A stretch of 62,970 nt of DNA, the filler included, from Choristocarpus tenellus KU-1152 (Eukaryota > Protista > Phaeophyceae), in the NCBI GenBank assembly GCA_964200185.2. It is 13 parts of 13 records of this genome, joined end to end, with 100 filler letters (N's around TTAATTAATTAA, not from the genome) between each part and the next. Parts side by side here need not be neighbours in the genome. Positions count along the whole stretch, not along the records: positions 52,170 to 58,212 come from CAXNAD020009086.1; positions 58,313 to 62,970 come from CAXNAD020013588.1; 11 more parts are not named here. One strand, given 5' to 3'. Shown one piece after another: positions 55,213 to 62,970 of this stretch (the first letter of the stretch is position 1; every line of letters begins with the position of its first letter). The notes beneath the pieces are model-generated. The model saw only the letters and a program-made list of their open reading frames with translations, was not told the DNA's origin and ran no database searches. The position numbers were made by a program, and so were the translations under genes.

Positions 55213-58200
55213 CTGCGATGGTAAATTGGGACAGCACAAAAAAAAGGTGAAGAATTATCACATCCACGAGGTGCTCAGAGGAGAGGTTTCAAAGGAAACA
55301 CATTTAACCTTACTTCATCAACATCAGGTCTTCATTGACTGATAACACTACCAATACTTCATATAATGTTCCTTGTCAAATCCTATGATGATCCTGAGTT
55401 CTGGTGGTACAAACTATGCTATGATGACCTTTATTGACCGCTTGTACCTCTTGAAAGTATAATATCAAAGTCTGACACAAATAGGTGCTTTAGAAGAGAC
55501 CCAGAGACTGTAGGTTCTTTTTTCACCCCCAGTCTCTCACCTCTCCCTGTCCTATTTCCGATGCCAAAAGGAAAAACCTTGGGAGGCGTTAAAAGAGAAA
55601 AACTTCAATGCTTTCTTCACAACCATCTTCTTGGGAGCAGACTTATTTGCTACAGCTTAACACGCTCGGACGGTCAAGTTGGTAGAGCATATGGCATTAC
55701 AGATATTACCTACAAAGTAAAGTAGTGTTAATGGAGCTCAGATGACAAATTGGCCTTGCTTGCACGCACAGTCTCACCACCACCACCAAGAGGCACAAAA
55801 CATCTCACCAGAAATTTCCCAGAACATTGCTCAAGAAAGCACTTCTCTTGGCGTGCCACAACAACAAATTCCTCGCCAATGTATCGCAGTTTACACAGGG
55901 TTAGGGCTTGTCATCATCGCACTACAGCCACATGAGACAAAGTTTAGAGTGTTGATTTAAATACACAAACACACATACATATACACGCCTACGTCAGAAT
56001 ACCTACCAACCACCAGTAGAAGAAAAAAAATTATATATATATATATATTTATATTTATATGTATCACGACTACACCAGCTCCCGATTTCTTGGTCAAAAA
56101 CCTTCAGGAAAGACATACCAATACCAATACCAACTAAACACACACATATATAGATAGATATATAAACATATACCCAGATAAATTTGACAGCCTCGATCCC
56201 CTCCCTCCCCCCCTCCTCAAAATAAAGAATACTACTAATGTTAACAACAAAAAAATACAGTATTACGTATAAAAAAAGATTATGCTTGACCATTTGTGAG
56301 AATACGATTTGAAGTATTATTTTATGTACACACAGACGATAGTGCGGGACATTCAGGATATCTAGGGTTAGGGTATTATTTGACCAGAATTAATTGGCGG
56401 ACTGTTAGAGTCAGTGTGTTTCTGACGTGTACTAGAGAACTGTTGAGTCATTTGGTATTCTGAGTCGTTCAATGTAAGGATTGGTGAGCCCCACCTAGTG
56501 AAGGTATTTCACTCTCTTCTCAACTGTGATACAAGCTAATAAACAATTAATATAACTGGTTGTGTGGGACAACAGATCAAGGACAGCTTAACAGACATTA
56601 GTACTTCGCAGTAACACAACATTACCTCTCTTATGTTATGTAAATTAAATAAAAATGTTTGGTATAGTAAGGTTCCTTTGGCAGTACTTCGATGTGGCTA
56701 GTATAATGACATGATTATTACTATTACTGTAAATCTTATTATTATTATTAATAATAATAATGGTAGTACCAAGTAGTACACATACTAGTAGGGGCACATG
56801 GAGGTAGTCTACAGATCAACATTTATGCCCAATGAAGTGTTAGGGTTAGGATATCATGATAGGAATCAGACAGGGATATTGCACTGCCTGATACAGGATG
56901 GCTGAAGTATACACAAAGTATTGTGCCACAGGTTACATAGGTTACATAGGTGTGACCACAAACGGGGTCCCAACAGGCATGTCTCTTGACGACCTTAAGC
57001 CGAGTCTGTCCAGTGTGACCCCAAAACAAACATGTTGTAGTCGCCTGTGAAAAAAAGAAGAAGACTGACTTCAAAACAAGCTTTATCTATTCGACACATG
57101 TCTCCGCTAATCACGAGCATAGTCGAGGCTGCCTGGAGGGACAAAACAGTGACTATGAGCGGGGGGGAGGTGGTGATGGTTAGGAGATTCATGTGCTGAG
57201 GATCGATGGATGTGGGAACAGACACAGCAAGCTATTATGCTGCAGGCGGTGAGTAGAGGCTTGAGAAATAGGGTGTGCACCTGCAATCCTAACTTAACTT
57301 CATACCCATCGATACTACGTTCGGTGTTTGTGCTAAGGGGATTTGTAGGGCTGAGGGAAAAGCCTTGGAAGGTGATATACATTATGCATGTGGGACATGT
57401 GCGTGTCTTCTGTATATGCCCGCATAGGATATGCGGTTGCTGCCTGTATGCCCTCTCATGTACACAAGGTATCTTTAGAATTTGTGTGTGTGTGTGTGTG
57501 TGTTTTCCATCAGCATGCACTGGATGAGTGCTACGGTGGCTCGAAGATAACGTGTTGATTTACCCTCTAAGCTCCTATCTTGGACTCGACATCCCTGCTT
57601 ATCATATATAGGCACATACACCTTTTCCCAACCTCAGAGGCACTGCTAATATTTGCATAGTTTGAAAACACACATTTGTATTCTGGAGTGTGCAAGAGAA
57701 ATATACATTGGCCCCTTTAGATTGGAAATTTTTCAATTTCACAGTTTGAAGTGTTGGGCACCAGGCAACACAGTGTACACTAAGTGCATGCTCCGTACTA
57801 TATTCATTGTGGTTGGGGCAGTTTAATCGGGGGATGACCTCTTCAAATGCACTGGAACAAGTATCTCAGAAGTGTGCCATTTGTTTCTATGTATTGTATA
57901 CTCCGGAGTATATACTTCAGGCAGCCACTATGGTAGTTCGTGATAATATCTCAAACATTCTTGTAAGTTGAACTTCTAGTGCGTTTCAAAATCACCAATT
58001 GTCTTGAAGCCAACTGTTTATCAGTACATCTACCTGTAAAGTGATTCCCTTTGGAACTACCCAATAGGATGGATAGACCACACACGCCAGTCTACCAACA
58101 AACACTGGGTAGAGTTTGGGAGCAAATAACATAACAGTTAATCCCCCCCCCCCCCTCACCCCCTCCTCCGTGTTGCTGTGGGCTACATGGGTGGAGGGAT

Positions 58201-58312
58201 GTAAGGGGAAAGNNNNNNNNNNNNNNNNNNNNNNNNNNNNNNNNNNNNNNNNNNNNTTAATTAATTAANNNNNNNNNNNNNNNNNNNNNNNNNNNNNNNN
58301 NNNNNNNNNNNN

Positions 58313-58382
58313 CATCAAAATCACAACATTGTAATTTGACCCCCAAATGGACGCGGCTCTACCCTCTAAGATACTTTGGCTC
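58313..58382 (-). mobile_element. MITE family A, partial (contig start)
   Basis: ...GGCTCTACCCTCTAAGATACTTTGGCTC. Confidence 0.85.
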
Positions 58383-58945
58383 ACGTCTGATGTCATTCGT
58401 GCAAATGTTAAATTCTTACCGCTGAAGATATGCATGACCCGGCAACCTCGGTCCATTACTCCCCCACAAGGTTAGATCATCCTACAATAGACCTATTACT
58501 TTGAAGTAGAAATAATATTCCTCACAAGTGATAAGCATCAGTTCCATCCAATAGTATGTATTCCAGAGTTTTCCGAGTGTGTGCCCTACGACAGCGCTAC
58601 GGGGTGCTACAGTAATGCCGACATGAAGGAGTGTGGAGCCTGGCACGATGACTAACGCTTAACTGACAGTTTGGGCTAGATACTGCAATGCACCAATAGG
58701 ATGTGTTCGTTGTCCTGACACCATTTAATCTTAGCATCATCACCATATCATTCTAGTACTATTAGAACCATGATTTTCCTAACCTTGAATGGGGCAGGAA
58801 GCTCCTCAATTGTCGATAACCAAATGATTAAGGGGCCATAGCCGCACCTCGAGAAAAGGTGACCGTGGACACACATCACACACTCCATACCCTGAGTATT
58901 CATTGTTAGATTTTCCCCTAATTGGTGATCTGTTCTCATCCCAAG

Positions 58946-61849
58946 GTTGAGCAAGTGGCACACGACCTAATGGTACGGAAGCTCGCTACAGAGAAGCTTG
59001 ACGCCAACAATGACCTGGTTAAGATGCTTAACTCCCTTGGGGCACGTGCTGCTGCCTTTACCATTCGAGATGAGCAGGTGCAAGTATGCATTTGTGAAAG
59101 TGCATGAGTGGTTGTATGTATATGAGGTGTGCATTGTTCATGCCATCTATGTGATCCAGCAACAACTTGGTCATACATTCTGTCCTTTCACGGGAGTTGT
59201 GTGTCTACGCGCTCACAGGGTAAGGATGTGAAGATGTAGAACCTTACCGTAAGTCTGTGAGGAGGAAGGAGGAAGGTCACCCGGGCCAATGGCAGATGTA
59301 CAGGAACCTCAATGAAATTGTGGATGTTTTCCTTGAACAGATGGTGAAATATCTTGTGCTTGAAACAAGAATAGATAGTACCATACTCTATGGACTGATG
59401 TTTGCCAAGTGAAACGTCAAAGGATGCCCTCTCACTCCATACTTCTGTCAAATGAGTGTTTGCTTCGATACAATAAGTCCATACCACTCTAGGACTTTCA
59501 TTTATCTTAGCATGTACTTTCTCTTCATTGTGGTGTCTGTGTGCAAGAAGAAAAGAGTATAATGAGTGTTGTCATACTGATTTTTTGTTTTCCAAATTTT
59601 ATTATGTTCCTACTAAAAGCACGAACGCTCATGCTGTTGATATTTCAGACTTCAAAGAGTGAATCCAGGACAAACAGCATATATTTCATCATTCCAGAGG
59701 CAAGAAGTCTTATTCATTGATTCTGTGCACGAGTTTGTATGGATCACCTCTCCCCCCCAGATAGACTGCCCATCACTTGGGTTTGACTCAATGTTGTTTA
59801 CCACTATACCATAATTTGAAGTGTGGTACTCCAGGATAGACTTGGAGAGGGTAAGGGGAGGAGCACCCATGTATTTCGTGTTCAAATGATTCTGTGTGTA
59901 CCATGAAAATCCAGGTTTATATATATATATATTGCTACAGTTAGGGTTTTTTAATGTAAATAGTGTATTTTGAAGTATATTTTGTACTGAAAAGGAACAA
60001 ACCAATAGCCACTACAGAACAAAAAGAACAAACCCGGCCCCCAGTACATGGGAATAACTGGATTTTAATATGAGGAACTGGGATGAGCAAGCAGCAACCT
60101 GAACTATGGTGTGTGCTTGCTTTTAGTTTGAAATCTATCACGTTGAGGAAACACCACCGGCTTGCTGTCTTGCTTTACACATGTGTATTCCTTCTTGTTT
60201 TTGTCCTTTAAGACCTATAATACCTACAACCCCCTTCCACTCTATTGGCCCTTTCATAGCTTGTCGAGAAGAGGCAAAGGGAGAGCTCTGACAAGTTGTA
60301 CGAGAACCGAATGGACATGATCATGGAGGTGAGGAGGGCACCAAAAAAATCTATGCCATGCTGCGGTTTGACCTGCCCGCTAGTCACAGTCGAAGATTGC
60401 CACTATCAAGTTTTGGTTTGACCTAACCTTGCAGCGTATGGTGTGGATGGAACATCCGTGAGAGGATTTCATGAGATAGAAGCACAGCCCTGTTCAACTC
60501 CCTTTTCCACTCTTTAAGCAAGTCAATAATGCTTAGGATTGAACTGTTTCGGGGGCTGATGCATTTTGAAAGAGGTGAAGGCCAGAGTTTGTGGCTCTAA
60601 AAATACTGCTTCAGTAATAGAGGCAGACTACTGTGGAAATTTTGCACTGTACAGGGCATGGAAAAAGCACTCCAGGGACAATGTGATAGTAAGAAAAATC
60701 TTTATAACTTTCTGCCACTCCATTACTTCGACCAGGGATTAGATCATCCTCCATCGATCTAGGTCCGTGCCTACTCAGCTAACCAGAGCACACAGCAGTA
60801 GGCAAGGCCACTCAAAAGAGAACTACAGATTGACCTGATTTCTAACTGTGTGTCTTGTTCTTTCATCAAATCAAACCAGAGCCACGATTCAAATAATATT
60901 AATCATTTTTATTTTATTTTATTTAACCGCGTGTTTTTGCGGCAAGATTCACGGGAAATTTAAACCTAGGAAATTTAAACCTAAGAATTGAACCAAAAAG
61001 GACAGCTCGCATACCTCTTTAGGAGTCAATAAGATTACTATATATACCTTGTAGACACAAACCACTAGGTTGGATTAATATTTGTATTCAGGTCAATAGA
61101 GTGACTTGTATGCCCTTTTGAGCCAATGAAATGACTCGTACTCCTTATAAAAGCCAATGAGCCAATGAAATGACTGAATTACTTACGTTTGTACATCACT
61201 ATCTCCAACTCTAAGGTATTAGGGCAATTGGGCACCCTTGCCACTAATCCCTAACCCTAAAGAAACTTTTCAATTCGGCGGAATTTTTTCTTGTCCAAAT
61301 ATGTGCATGAATCAAAGTATCTTTAGGGTTAGGGTCGAGCCGCGTCCATTTATGACCAAGATCCATTGTTCTGATTTTGATGTGATTTTGGCTATTGTGT
61401 TTGTTAGGAATTGTCAATGTTATTGTTCCGGACTCACCCTCTCGTAATGTATACATTTTGCCTACTCCGAAACGTTTCAGAGTGGGAGAATGTCATAAAA
61501 AACAAACAAACGAACAAACAGGGCATAACTTGTACCCTCTGTGATAATTTCACTCTGTGTGTGTGTTGTGTTGTGTGTTGCGTGTGTGCTATGTGTGTAT
61601 GTGTTATGTGTGTTGTGTATGTGTGTTGTGTGTGTGCTATGTGTGTATGTGTTATGTGTGTGTGTTACTGTGTGTGATTGTGTTTATTGCAACAAAACAA
61701 AAAAGCTGGATCGCTTGAAAGAGCTAACGAGGAGAGATGCTGAGGAGCAAACAAAGATGCAAAAGAGAGTGGAGGACCGAAAGGTCATCGTGCAACAGAT
61801 TGAGGATAGGCAACGCGCTAAGCTCCTCAATCTCGAAGCACGGGAACAG
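58946..61849 (+). CDS. CFAP45: Cilia- and flagella-associated protein 45-like (trichohyalin-plectin homology domain), three internal exons
   Basis: Phase-0 exons 58946-59077, 60260-60328 and 61706-61849 give DLVKMLNSLGARAAAFTIRDEQLVEKRQRESSDKLYENRMDMIMELDRLKEL...RKVIVQQIEDRQRAKLLNLEAREQ, matching the CFAP45 IRDxQxxEK...RxDxxME pattern. Confidence 0.78.
61309..61555 (+). mobile_element. MITE family A copy, degenerate (intronic)
   Basis: Recognisable body; left TIR altered to ..ATCTTTAGGGTTAGGGTC; no TSD visible. Confidence 0.8.
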
Positions 61850-62505
61850 GCGAGTGAAGCCAAAGAATAAGAAAAAGAAGAAGGAAAAGAAGAAGATAAA
61901 GAAGAAGGAAAAGAGTAAGAAAAAGAATAAGAAAAAGAAGAAGATAAAGAGTTAGGAAAGTATTAGCAAGAATAGTAAGATAAAGAAAAGGGAGGGCGGG
62001 CCGTCTTGGGGTAAGATTGCACTCAACATATACATTATGAGTGAATCTTTACTGCCCTTACAATCTCTTTGTGGACGCACTGCGGCGACCTGCTGAGTGG
62101 GAACCGATCAGATCCTAAACTTGCCTCCAACTTCATTGCTTCGGAACATGACGCGTCCCACGGATAATCACTGTTGACCTGCTCTTACCTAACACTGATG
62201 AGAGCCCTAATATCTATCAGGTTCTGTATCAACCATGCCATTCCCTGACCCCCTACCCCTGATGGTTAAACCTTGTACTTGTCATACATGCAGCAGCAGT
62301 CCAAAGCTGTGCTAACTTGCTAACTTGCTCAGAACGGAAGCGGATTGTGCTAACTCTTTTTTTGTAGTATTTTTTTTAAGTCTCCAATGCCACCCTATCC
62401 TAACCCATTTAGCTCTTGATAAATCTTTGAGTGTTCAGGGTACCACACGTGTTGCAACACCGGGGGAGAAAATGATCATCCTCATTGGTGTAAGTGTTTC
62501 TATCT

Positions 62506-62545
62506 CTAACCCTAACCCTAACCCTAACCCTAACCCTAACCCTAA
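62506..62545. repeat. Interstitial telomeric repeat (CCCTAA)n
   Basis: ~6 units; shorter tracts at ~9903, 25308, 35763, 37141, 47208, 55040, 56364, 56840, 61249. Confidence 0.85.
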
Positions 62546-62928
62546 TCTTAACTATAATCAATGGTAGAGACAATAGTGTATAGTACAGTTAATGATTGTG
62601 TCGGAGCACTGAGAAAAACTGTCCCGACTGTTACTCTCATTCCCACTCAAGCCTAAGGCATGCAACTCTGAAGTATTTATTCAATAAGATATTAATTGAC
62701 AACACCGGTGTAGAAAGTACAAATGTGTAAGTCCTCAGATAGGCATGAAATTGCCCTCTCTGAGTACAGTGTCCCTTTTGTCAAAACCTCAAGAGGAGAT
62801 ATCTCTTTTTTTTCATTACAGTGATAGTCAACAAGCTTGCATTGCCTTCAACTTCAAAGTTGACCACCCCACTAAAATTCTATTAACGCCCCTCTTTCTC
62901 CTAACAATTCATTGCTGACGCCCCCCCC

Positions 62929-62967
<39 letters not shown>

Positions 62968-62970
62968 ACC

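Overview
This is eukaryotic nuclear DNA, not a prokaryotic window. It is intron-rich and carries TTAGGG telomere motifs. The RTE-type LINE, flagellar genes and gene structure suggest a brown alga or a related ochrophyte (inference). The window is a pseudo-scaffold of 13 short contigs joined by an artificial N44-TTAATTAATTAA-N44 linker, so adjacency across linkers means nothing. Genes seen: the 3' part of a multi-exon UTP20, two EF-hand protein genes, an armadillo-repeat gene, one EngB/YihA GTPase exon, a FAAL-like adenylation enzyme, a CFAP45-like gene, a U2 snRNA and tRNA-Ser(AGA). Mobile DNA is abundant: 11 copies of a ~260-bp MITE (GAG...CTC termini, mostly 4-bp TSDs), a related G-rich MITE family, a decayed intron-containing Sola-type transposase, and Copia, LINE and BED/hAT relics. 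The most notable observations are (1) a ~150-bp bacterial-type IS91-family transposase fragment inside algal-like DNA, (2) a candidate Sola2-like transposase/MITE system, and (3) short TTAGGG tracts that appear to have been written de novo into individual repeat copies. All family calls are from motif recognition by eye; no database search was run.
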